64,000 nt of DNA from Peptococcaceae bacterium 1109 (lineage in GTDB: Bacteria > Bacillota > Limnochordia > Darwinibacteriales > Darwinibacteriaceae): contig LDJB01000003.1 of the NCBI GenBank assembly GCA_001028815.1, positions 110,850 to 174,849 on the forward strand. The letters run 5' to 3'. A model generated the notes under the pieces. The model did no database searches. It was not told where the DNA came from and was given only the letters and a program-made list of their open reading frames with translations. This document shows positions 48,161 to 56,608 of the stretch, piece after piece. Numbering within the stretch: position 1 is the first letter of the stretch; each line of letters begins with the position of its first letter. The position numbers and the translations under genes were made by a program.

Positions 48161-48444
48161 TCGCTACCACCCCCGCTTCTAAACATCTTGAGCATACGGT
48201 GGGTTACAAGAAAGCCCGCCACAACATTGATGGTGGCAAAGACAATTGCCAAGAAGCCTAGGAAGCGCCGGCCAGTGGTGATTGCCCCAGCCGCAGCCAA
48301 GAGTGCCCCTACTACTGTAATGCCCGACAGGGCGTTCATGCCAGACATAAGGGGCGTGTGCAAAAGGCTGGGCACTTCACTGATTACCCTGTAACCCAGT
48401 AACGTTGCCACGACTAGGATGGCTATGAGCAATAAGTAGCTCAC
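48157..48444 (-). CDS. pntAB: NAD(P) transhydrogenase subunit alpha part 2 (membrane segment)
   Basis: 95 aa with three hydrophobic helices. Overlaps both neighbours by 4 bp. Confidence 0.8.
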   Translation of the reverse strand: MSYLLLIAILVVATLLGYRVISEVPSLLHTPLMSGMNALSGITVVGALLAAAGAITTGRRFLGFLAIVFATINVVAGFLVTHRMLKMFRSGGGSE

Positions 48445-49631
48445 ACAGCTCCCTCCCCGTGAGCCCGCATGGCTTCGAGGGTGCCTGAGTGGACAATTTG
48501 CCCGTTGTGCGTCACCAGGCTGGCGGCAATAATCTCATCCGCGAGGTTCAGTTCCACCTTCCCATCGTGAACCAGGTGGCTCACGAAGTGGAGCACGTTC
48601 TTAGCGAAGAGCATGGTGGCGCTCACCGGCACAGTGCCCGGAATGTTCTGAGTCCCATCGATCACCACGCCACCGTGCTCAATAATCTCTCCTGCCCTGG
48701 CCAAGGCGCAGTTGCCCCCTTGGTCAATGGAAATGTCCACAATGACCGAACCAGGGCGCATGGTTTCCACCATCTCCTGAGTGACAAGGACAGGTGCCTC
48801 ATGGCCTGGAACTAAGGCAGAAAGGATCACGATATCGGCCTCGGAAACCGCGGGAGCTATTGCTTCCTGCTCCTTCTTTAGCCACTCCTCAGGCAAAAGC
48901 TTGGCGTAGCCACCTTCCCCGATGGCTAGTTCGCTTGGAATGGGGAGCTCAATAATCCTGGCTCCCAGGCTCTTGGCCTGTTCTGCCGCATCCGGCCGTA
49001 CATCCGCGGCTTTTGTCACTGCACCTAAGCGCTTCGCGGTGGCAATGGCCTGCAGCCCAGCAACTCCAGCTCCGATCACCACCACCTGCGCAGGCTGCAC
49101 CATACCCACAGCGGTGCCCAGCATGGGCAAGAATTTAGGTAGGCGGTTAGCTGCGGAGATCACCGCCTTGTAGCCTGCCACAGTACTCATGGAGGTCAAT
49201 GCATCCATCGTCTGTGCTCTGGAAATCCGAGGGATGGAGTCTAGGGTAAGGGCAATGACCCCTCGGCGTGCAAGCTCCTGCACGATGCCATGATTTGCAG
49301 GAGCCGCGGGGTGAAGGAAGGTGATGAGTACTTGACCTTCCCTGAGAAGCTCTACTTCACTAACGCCCAGTTCCACGTTGAACGCAGGCTGCTTCACTTT
49401 CAGAACAACCTGAGCTGCTTGGACGAGCTCCCTCACGTCGGAGCAGATCTCCGCCCCCACCGCCCGATACTCATCGTCGCTGATGTAGGCGCCTAACCCT
49501 GCGCCCTTCTGCACGAGGACCCGGGCACCGTCCTTAACTAACTGGGCTGCAGTTTCGGGAGTCACCGCCACACGGCGTTCCCCCGCTAAGATTTCCTTTG
49601 GTATCCCAATCGTCAGGCCTGTAAATTTCAT
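48441..49631 (-). CDS. pntAA: NAD(P) transhydrogenase subunit alpha part 1 (dI, alanine dehydrogenase-like)
   Basis: MKFTGLTIGIPKEILAGERRVAVTPE plus the NAD-binding VVIGAGVAGLQAIATAKRLGA. True ATG at 49631 with GGAGGGAAGGAC immediately upstream. Confidence 0.85.
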   Translation of the reverse strand: MKFTGLTIGIPKEILAGERRVAVTPETAAQLVKDGARVLVQKGAGLGAYISDDEYRAVGAEICSDVRELVQAAQVVLKVKQPAFNVELGVSEVELLREGQVLITFLHPAAPANHGIVQELARRGVIALTLDSIPRISRAQTMDALTSMSTVAGYKAVISAANRLPKFLPMLGTAVGMVQPAQVVVIGAGVAGLQAIATAKRLGAVTKAADVRPDAAEQAKSLGARIIELPIPSELAIGEGGYAKLLPEEWLKKEQEAIAPAVSEADIVILSALVPGHEAPVLVTQEMVETMRPGSVIVDISIDQGGNCALARAGEIIEHGGVVIDGTQNIPGTVPVSATMLFAKNVLHFVSHLVHDGKVELNLADEIIAASLVTHNGQIVHSGTLEAMRAHGEGAV

Positions 49632-49741
49632 GTCCTTCCCTCCATCAAGCACGATTCTTTGAAGCCGCTTGATATAATTCGCACTCTGCGGTGAATTTCC
49701 TTTACATCTAGATAAACATTTTTCTATACGGGTTGGCAAAC

Positions 49742-49780
49742 AAAAGGCCCTAGTGGCACATATCCCAATGCACTAGGGCC
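49742..49780 (-). terminator. Rho-independent terminator after ddh
   Basis: Perfect 10-bp stem GGCCCTAGTG ... CACTAGGGCC immediately after the stop (49790), followed on the minus-strand RNA by UUUUGUUUG. Confidence 0.55.
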
Positions 49781-49789
49781 ATTCTCGCC

Positions 49790-50764
49790 TTACACCAGCC
49801 TTCGAATAAGGGCATCGGTGTCTCCAGGGAGAAAGTCAATCAGGGGGATTTGGATCATGGTATAGGCCCCAGGAGCCTGTTTCATGCTTGCCCGTGCCGC
49901 AGAGACCATGACCTGGCTGGTCAGGGCAGGGTTGTTGATCCGCATTTCCCACCTAAACTGCTGATTGTGGGTCTCACCAGAAACCCCTTTACGCTCCATC
50001 ACCACTCCGTGCCCAACGTCCCTTAGGGCAGCCGCATTTTCCACCACAAAGACGTGGGTTTCGTCATGGGCAAAATAAGGATCGGCCTTGATTCCCGCCT
50101 CTACCTTAGCTGGATCAGCCTCCGGCTCCAGGGTGACGTAAACCATGCGCCGGTGAATCCCAGTTCCCAGGGGTATGGTAAGTGACAGGGCGTCCCTCAC
50201 CCCATCTACGTCCTTAGCCGCAACGCTGTGCCCCATACTCATGCCTGGGCCGAAGTTTGTGTAGGTAATCCCCTTTGGCGCCATGAGCTCTAGCAAGGCC
50301 CGGAGGATGGAGTCAGTACCCGGGTCCCAGCCGGCAGAGATCACTGCCACAGCGTTGTGTTCCTTCGCCGCAGCATGGAGCCTCAGGCGCACATCTGCTA
50401 AATCTTGATGGATGTCGTAACTGTCCACTGTGTTGATCCCCTGGGCTAAAATCTCCTCCGCGAGCTTGGGCACAACCCGCGTGGGAGTGCAGAGCAGGGC
50501 AACGTCCACACAGCCCAACTCTTGCAGGGAACTCACCACAGGTGTCCCTGCCAGTTCTGGGGGAAGCTCGCCCTTGAGGGAGGCGGAGCGCCGTACCACA
50601 CCTACCAGTTCCATGTCTGGGGCTGCTCTCACAGCCTCCACTGCGTACCTTCCGATGTTGCCATAGCCTACAACTGCTGCTTTTATCACAGCAAACACCT
50701 CGCTCTCAGGTTGCCTGTTTAGTATTCCGCATACCCCTGCCCCATACCTGCTAGCGAGTTCCAA
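49790..50764 (-). CDS. ddh: meso-diaminopimelate D-dehydrogenase
   Basis: [11 protein letters not shown] ... [11 protein letters not shown] ... [11 protein letters not shown] ... [10 protein letters not shown], in register with Corynebacterium/Symbiobacterium Ddh. Real start may lie ~25 codons inside the listed ORF. Confidence 0.8.
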   Translation of the reverse strand: MELASRYGAGVCGILNRQPESEVFAVIKAAVVGYGNIGRYAVEAVRAAPDMELVGVVRRSASLKGELPPELAGTPVVSSLQELGCVDVALLCTPTRVVPKLAEEILAQGINTVDSYDIHQDLADVRLRLHAAAKEHNAVAVISAGWDPGTDSILRALLELMAPKGITYTNFGPGMSMGHSVAAKDVDGVRDALSLTIPLGTGIHRRMVYVTLEPEADPAKVEAGIKADPYFAHDETHVFVVENAAALRDVGHGVVMERKGVSGETHNQQFRWEMRINNPALTSQVMVSAARASMKQAPGAYTMIQIPLIDFLPGDTDALIRRLV

Positions 50765-50782
50765 GACAAAAAAGCTCAGGCT

Positions 50783-51262
50783 TTAGCGCCTGAGCAAGCC
50801 CCGGTAGATTCCAGGGGATGAATCGGGGATGGGTATAGCACCGACAGTCTTCGCGTAAAACTCCACTGGCCCTGCCCCGCCAATAGCAGCATAGGCATAG
50901 CCAAGCTCTCTAAGGCCCTCCATAGCTGCCATGAGCAGCGCTTTGCCGATGCCCCGGCCTCGATAGGCGGGATCAACGCCGGTAGGCCCAAAGAAGGCCT
51001 TGTTGGTCGCTTCATAGCAGGCAAAGCCTGCAATCTTCTGCTGGGCTTCATCCACCGCGATTATGCAGGTGCTGGGGAGATTGCACATGGCCACATCCGC
51101 CTCGCTCATCCAGCCTTCCCCGAAAAACTCCTTGATCCAATCTAAGACCACATGCTTTTCAGGGGCAATGGCCCGGCGGATAGTGATACCCTGTTCTTCC
51201 ATCTTAGCCATAATGGGGCGTGAATCAGGTAGATCGTACAGTCTTACCAGCATATCAGGCAC
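50783..51262 (-). CDS. GNAT-family N-acetyltransferase
   Basis: 159 aa with the acetyl-CoA-binding motif AYRGRGIGKALL. Confidence 0.8.
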   Translation of the reverse strand: MPDMLVRLYDLPDSRPIMAKMEEQGITIRRAIAPEKHVVLDWIKEFFGEGWMSEADVAMCNLPSTCIIAVDEAQQKIAGFACYEATNKAFFGPTGVDPAYRGRGIGKALLMAAMEGLRELGYAYAAIGGAGPVEFYAKTVGAIPIPDSSPGIYRGLLRR

Positions 51263-51283
51263 AGCAGTTCATCTCCCTGTCGT

Positions 51284-52162
51284 TTAGTCGGTGATTTGCT
51301 TTACCATATGGCTGCCTAGTTCGTATGTGAACCGCAGGCACGGCCCGTGTAGTTCATGGGGAAGGCCGTGGAGGAAGTTGTGGATTTCAAAGGTAAAACA
51401 GCCGCTGTAGCCAATGTCCTTCAAGGCTTCCAAAATAGGTTCCCAGGCAATGGAACCATAGTAGGGGGCCAGGTGGTCGTCGTTTGTCCCCCAGTTATCG
51501 TTGATGTGCAGGGCTTTCAAGCGGCTCCCCACCCGGCGAAGTGCGGAGGGCTGATCCACTTTGGCCATATTGGCATGGCCCGTATCCCAGCACACTCCAA
51601 ACAAGGGATCGCCTAGGGCATCAACAAGCTCAATGAGCTCTTCTACGGAACTGCAGTAGCGGCGCTCGGGGCCGCTTTCGATCATGTTTTCAATGGCAAT
51701 ACCCACATTGTGCTTGGCTGCCAGTTCCCCATAGCGCTTATATGCTTCCAGGTTCGCTTTGAAGGAATCTGCATAGGAATACCACGTTTCATCCCTGACG
51801 GTGCCTGGGTGAATCACCAGCCACTTTACTCCCATAATGCCCGCGCCCACAATAGAACGGCGCACAAGCTCTTCATTGAACTCCCACTGGCTCGCTGGCG
51901 TCCTCGTCCAATCAAAGAAGTGGGCATGGCCCTGGTACCACTCTAGGCCCAGCTCATCAGCGACCTCTTTGTTGCGCTTGACCCAGTCTTCCCAATCTGG
52001 CTGGGTAAGGGGGCGGTCCTGCGTGGAATAGCTGCAAAACCCCATGTCCAGCACTTCGTAGCCTGCCGCCGCGCAAGCCCGGATGCTCTCTTCCAACGTG
52101 TAGAACAGCTCCGAACCCCAACGGACATACTCGTGGATTGATGTTGAAGTAGATACTTTCAT
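51284..52162 (-). CDS. sugar phosphate isomerase/epimerase (xylose isomerase-like TIM barrel)
   Basis: 292 aa with a TIM-barrel AP-endonuclease-2-like layout (WVIHPG, CWDTGHANM). Confidence 0.7.
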   Translation of the reverse strand: MKVSTSTSIHEYVRWGSELFYTLEESIRACAAAGYEVLDMGFCSYSTQDRPLTQPDWEDWVKRNKEVADELGLEWYQGHAHFFDWTRTPASQWEFNEELVRRSIVGAGIMGVKWLVIHPGTVRDETWYSYADSFKANLEAYKRYGELAAKHNVGIAIENMIESGPERRYCSSVEELIELVDALGDPLFGVCWDTGHANMAKVDQPSALRRVGSRLKALHINDNWGTNDDHLAPYYGSIAWEPILEALKDIGYSGCFTFEIHNFLHGLPHELHGPCLRFTYELGSHMVKQITD

Positions 52163-53274
52163 GCCAGCTTCCTTCCCTCTGCTACCGCGGCATCCACTAT
52201 GCGGCGCATCTCATCATATTGTGCCTCCATATCCGCGACCAGCTTAAACTGGGTGCGGGCCCGATCAAGATTGTGATTAGGCCGGTGAATGCGGAAGTAC
52301 CTGTCGCCGTTGAGGTGGTCCTCAAGGAAGCGCATCCCGCACTCAAGAGTAATTAACCTTGCGGAAAAAGCCAAAAGCTCCAGTTCAGCAGGGGTCATAA
52401 AATCCACACCGTTGCTCAAATACCCCTGGGTAAACTCTTGGAACAACATGATATCAAAATTCACTTTTCTCAGGTCTTGCTCATCTTCCGGTGCCGTGCT
52501 AGCTCCAAATCGGATAGCATCACCAAAGTCGTAGAGGTAGGAGCCGGGCATCACCGTGTCCAGATCTAAGACGCAGATCCCTTCGCCGGTGGCATCGTCG
52601 ATTAAGATGTTGTCAAACTTGGTGTCGTTGTGGGCAACGCGCACGGGGATGCTGCCACTAGCGATCCCTTCCTCCACGGGTTTTGTGTCTTCCGCCCGGG
52701 AAAGGACAAACTCTACTTCTTGCTGCACCTCCTTCAGACGCCCGCAGCGGTCTGCTTCTACCGCTCTGCGGAAGTTTTCCAGACGCTTGGGAGTATTGTG
52801 GAAGTCAGGAATGGTCTCGTAGAGCGTTTCCGCGGGGAAATCCCGGAGCAGCTGCTGGAAGCGGCCAAAGGCCTTCCCTGCATGGTAGAAATGGGCGGGG
52901 TTCTGCACAACTTGGTAGGTCTGGGCCCCCTCAATAAACTTGTAAGCACGCCATACCTCACCATCTTCCACCACGTATATTGCCCCTTCCCAGGTAGGGA
53001 TGAGGTTGAGGGTTTCCCGCTCCGGATCACCGCCGTTCTCCACAATCTTCCGGCGCAGATGGGCCGTGACCGCCTGAATGTTGGCCATCACTTCCTCTGG
53101 GTTTTTAAAGACGTTCTGATTGATCCTCTGCAGGATGTATCTCACCTGAGAACCATCCTCTACCCGGCAGCTCACCACATATGTGTCGTTGATATGCCCA
53201 CTTTGGCAGAGGTGGGCCTCAGCAAACTGCCCTGAAAGCTGAAATCTCTGTGCAACATTCCGCAATTTCTCCAA
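52159..53274 (-). CDS. phosphotransferase-family kinase (APH/ChoK-like), possible sugar 1-kinase (NahK-like)
   Basis: VRVAHNDTKFDNILID ... ICVLDLDTV matches the APH catalytic loop HxDxxxxN and DxD. 371 aa. 4-bp overlap with the downstream isomerase gene. Confidence 0.6.
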   Translation of the reverse strand: MEKLRNVAQRFQLSGQFAEAHLCQSGHINDTYVVSCRVEDGSQVRYILQRINQNVFKNPEEVMANIQAVTAHLRRKIVENGGDPERETLNLIPTWEGAIYVVEDGEVWRAYKFIEGAQTYQVVQNPAHFYHAGKAFGRFQQLLRDFPAETLYETIPDFHNTPKRLENFRRAVEADRCGRLKEVQQEVEFVLSRAEDTKPVEEGIASGSIPVRVAHNDTKFDNILIDDATGEGICVLDLDTVMPGSYLYDFGDAIRFGASTAPEDEQDLRKVNFDIMLFQEFTQGYLSNGVDFMTPAELELLAFSARLITLECGMRFLEDHLNGDRYFRIHRPNHNLDRARTQFKLVADMEAQYDEMRRIVDAAVAEGRKLA

Positions 53275-53306
53275 AGTGCATCTCTCCTCCCGGGGTATGT
53301 ACCCCT

Positions 53307-55214
53307 TTACTGGCCCGCCTCATCCACAGTGGAATCTGCAGCGGCCGCGGCTTCGCCCGCACCTGTCCCTGCGTCCCGCGGCGATGCCCCCGGCCGGACA
53401 AGCTTGAATTCGGGGAGGAAACGCTTGATGAACCCTTCTACTTCCCCTTCTCCACTTGGCAGGACTCCCCGGCCAAATGCCCGCAGAGTCTCCTCGATCA
53501 AGTCCGTATCCAGCTCAGTAGGCTTAGCCACGAAGATGCGCTCATTCGCGGTAGCCGTGGTCCCTTCCTCAGCGGTGAGGAGCTCCTCAAAGAGCTTCTC
53601 CCCAGGGCGCATACCTGTGATCTTGATTGGAATATCTGCCCCGGGTTCAAAACCAGAAAGGCGGATGAGAGTCTTCGCCAAATCCATAATCCTCACGGGC
53701 TCGCCCATATCCAGCACAAAGATCTCGCCACCCTTTGCAAGGGCGCCTGCTTGGATGATGAGCTGCACCGCTTCAGGAATGGTCATGAAGTAGCGGATCA
53801 TGCGATCATCGGTAACTGTAACAGGCCCGCCCGCGGCAATCTGCTTCTTAAACAGCGGCACCACACTACCCCGGCTGCCCAGGACGTTGCCAAAGCGCAC
53901 TGCTACGAACTTGGTGTGGCTGGCTCTGTCAAGGTGCTGGATGATCATCTCCGCGATGCGCTTAGATGCCCCCATAACACTGGTGGGGTTCACTGCTTTG
54001 TCTGTGGATACCAGGACAAAAGTGCTGGTGCCAAACAAGTTCGCCGCTTGGGCCACAAAATAGGTGCCCATGGCGTTGTTTTTAATAGCCTCCTCTGGGT
54101 TGACCTCCATCAGGGGCACGTGCTTGTGAGCGGCTGCGTGGAACACTACATGTGGCCGATACTTCCTAAAGACATCGGTCACAGCGGCCCGGTCCCGGAT
54201 ATCCTTCACCAGCGGCACAATGGGCACCTCGGTCGTGCTTCGAAGTTCCAGTTCAATATCATAGACGTTGTTTTCGCAGATATCCAGCATCAACAGCTTG
54301 CTGGGTTTATATGCAACAATCTGGCGGCAGAGTTCGGACCCGATGGATCCACCTGCTCCAGTCACCAGGACCACCTTATCGGCTATGTATCCAGCGATAC
54401 CATCCAGATCCAGTTGGACTGGTTCCCGGCTGAGAAGGTCCTCCACCTGCACGTCTCGAATCTCGTTCACCGTCACGTTCCCATCGATAAGGTCGAAGAC
54501 CCCAGGCAGTATCTTGATCTTGGCGTGGGTTTCCTGGCAGATCGCGACGATCTCCCGGAGTACACTGCGCTTGACGGAGGGCATGGCAATTACCACTTCC
54601 TCCACTCGGTACTCCCTGACAACCTGAGGAATAGAATGCCGCTGCCCCAAGATGGGGAAACCGAAGATCTGCTTGTTTTGCTTTTCCAGGTCGTCGTCAA
54701 TGAAGCCGACAATGTGTACCTCATCACGGTAATGGTTGCGCAGTTCACGGGCGACCAACACCCCGCCGTCCCCCGCGCCGATGATCAGCACAGGCTTGCC
54801 TTTACCCTGGCGTCGCAGGGCAGTGCGCCCATCGCGCAAAATCCGCCACCCAAGGCGCGACCCACCTACAAAAAAGATAGACAGGAGCCACTCGAGAGCG
54901 ATGACGCTCCTAGGTATGGGCTGCTGCAGCACAGCGAAGGCTGCAAAGCCCGCCACCACCGTTCCTACGGTCACGGCCTTGATGGTTGTTACCAGTTCGC
55001 CGATACTTGCATACTGCCACACACTATTATACATTCCTAAAAGATGAAATGAGACCAAACGCAAAGCCACGAGCGACAACACAAAGGGTACGAAAGCCGC
55101 CCTGAGCTGCCCTGGAAAACCCTCAAACCGCAGGAGGACGGCAGCCAAAGCGGCGGCTACGGTTAGTAGTGCATCGACCCCGATCATGATGTACTGACGT
55201 ATAAGCTTGTCCAC
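53307..55214 (-). CDS. membrane-anchored nucleotide-sugar 4,6-dehydratase (PglF/CapD/WbpM-like)
   Basis: Four N-terminal TM helices, then Rossmann motifs VLIIGAGDGG and VLVTGAGGSIGSELCRQI and a short-chain dehydratase core. 635 aa. Confidence 0.8.
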   Translation of the reverse strand: MDKLIRQYIMIGVDALLTVAAALAAVLLRFEGFPGQLRAAFVPFVLSLVALRLVSFHLLGMYNSVWQYASIGELVTTIKAVTVGTVVAGFAAFAVLQQPIPRSVIALEWLLSIFFVGGSRLGWRILRDGRTALRRQGKGKPVLIIGAGDGGVLVARELRNHYRDEVHIVGFIDDDLEKQNKQIFGFPILGQRHSIPQVVREYRVEEVVIAMPSVKRSVLREIVAICQETHAKIKILPGVFDLIDGNVTVNEIRDVQVEDLLSREPVQLDLDGIAGYIADKVVLVTGAGGSIGSELCRQIVAYKPSKLLMLDICENNVYDIELELRSTTEVPIVPLVKDIRDRAAVTDVFRKYRPHVVFHAAAHKHVPLMEVNPEEAIKNNAMGTYFVAQAANLFGTSTFVLVSTDKAVNPTSVMGASKRIAEMIIQHLDRASHTKFVAVRFGNVLGSRGSVVPLFKKQIAAGGPVTVTDDRMIRYFMTIPEAVQLIIQAGALAKGGEIFVLDMGEPVRIMDLAKTLIRLSGFEPGADIPIKITGMRPGEKLFEELLTAEEGTTATANERIFVAKPTELDTDLIEETLRAFGRGVLPSGEGEVEGFIKRFLPEFKLVRPGASPRDAGTGAGEAAAAADSTVDEAGQ

Positions 55215-55291
55215 CCCAGACCCTCCTTAGGAAATCCCATTCCTAATTTTACGTATTCTAGGTAAGCCTGGGGATTCCTGTCTTTACTTAG

Positions 55292-56608
55292 TCAGTTTGT
55301 GCACCCAAGCACTTTATCCCTCTCAGGGTCACAGAAAACCACTTTTTTCGCCTTTTTCTCACTGATCTGCTCCTGGTAAGCGGCCTCTGCTTCACCGCGG
55401 CAGCCTGGGCAAGCATTCCAAGGCAGCATCACTGCCACTGTGGCATAGGCGTAGCGATCAGAGCGGGATTCCACTAGCTCCCACCCAGCACAGCTGCTGC
55501 ACAACCTGATCTTGCCATTTTGGGTTTCAGTGATACCCGCCGTATCGTAGTAAACCATCCTCTTACGCTCGAAAAACTTACCTTTGCCGAAGTGGGCCTC
55601 CAGGTCCACCCCTTTCCGCCCTGCCCACATCTGGCCAAGCTCATCTACGAGCCAGGCAATGTGGTCCGTCACCCTCTGGGCCTGCCGTGGCTTAACGCGC
55701 TCCAGGTCTGGCTCCACAACCTGGCTGTAATCTAGGCCAGCTAGAGCAAGGAGAATCCCTAGGTTCACATACGGCAGTGCCCCTTCCACAGAGTACCCCC
55801 CTTCCAGCACCACAATATCTGGCTGCAAGAGCTCTGTAAGGCGGGCATAGCCTTGGGCAGTGACTTCCATATTGGCCAGCGGGTCCGTGAAATGGTTGTC
55901 TTGCCCCGCCCCGTTGACCACTATGTCCGGCTGCCACTCCTTAAGGATGGGCAGGACCAAGTTTTCGATAACATAGAGAAGGCCGCCATCCCCAGTGCCC
56001 GGGGGAAGGGGCACATTCACGGTCAGCCCAAAGGCGCCGGGCCCGCCCCGCTCATTCATGAACCCCGTACCAGGATAGAGAGTTCGGCCATCTTGATGGA
56101 GGGAGATATGGAGGACATTTGGGTCGTTGTAGTAGATGTCCTGGGTGCCGTCGCCGTGGTGGACATCAGTATCCACAATCGCGATCTTGGCCTGGGGCCC
56201 AAGCTGCTGGCGGATGTGCTCCACCATGACCGCCTCGTTGTTCACCAGGCAAAACCCCCGGGCCCCATGGACGAAGCGCATACTGTGGTGGCCTGGCGGG
56301 CGTACTAGGGCACAGGCCCGTTTTTCTGTCCCGCGAAGGACTAAGTCAGCGGCGGCAATGGCACCACCTGCAGCGATGCGATGGGATTCGGTGAGGTGAG
56401 CCCGGATATTTGGCACAAACACATGGGCCCGGGAGAGCTCGTGATCCGTGGCGAGCCTGGGGCGGTATTCCCGGAACTCAGGCAAGTCCAGCAGGCCTTC
56501 CTCTTCAATCTGATCCCTTGTATATAGGAGGCGCTCTTCCCGCTCGGGATGGTCTGGGGTGATACACCAGTCAAAGGCAGGGAAGAATATCAAGCCGACA
56601 CTCTTCAT
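55292..56608 (-). CDS. histone-deacetylase-family amidohydrolase (AcuC/HDAC-like) with C-terminal Cys-rich extension
   Basis: HDAC motifs RPPGHH, VDTDVHHGDGTQ and LEGGYS. C-terminal ~90 aa carry CSSC ... CPGC ... C...C. ATGA overlap with the upstream gene. Confidence 0.75.
   Translation of the reverse strand: MKSVGLIFFPAFDWCITPDHPEREERLLYTRDQIEEEGLLDLPEFREYRPRLATDHELSRAHVFVPNIRAHLTESHRIAAGGAIAAADLVLRGTEKRACALVRPPGHHSMRFVHGARGFCLVNNEAVMVEHIRQQLGPQAKIAIVDTDVHHGDGTQDIYYNDPNVLHISLHQDGRTLYPGTGFMNERGGPGAFGLTVNVPLPPGTGDGGLLYVIENLVLPILKEWQPDIVVNGAGQDNHFTDPLANMEVTAQGYARLTELLQPDIVVLEGGYSVEGALPYVNLGILLALAGLDYSQVVEPDLERVKPRQAQRVTDHIAWLVDELGQMWAGRKGVDLEAHFGKGKFFERKRMVYYDTAGITETQNGKIRLCSSCAGWELVESRSDRYAYATVAVMLPWNACPGCRGEAEAAYQEQISEKKAKKVVFCDPERDKVLGCTN

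Noticed and set aside
53250-55040. 596-aa plus-strand ORF
   Set aside because: Entirely antisense to the PglF-like dehydratase gene. His/Leu/Arg-rich with no motifs, a typical shadow ORF in GC-rich DNA.
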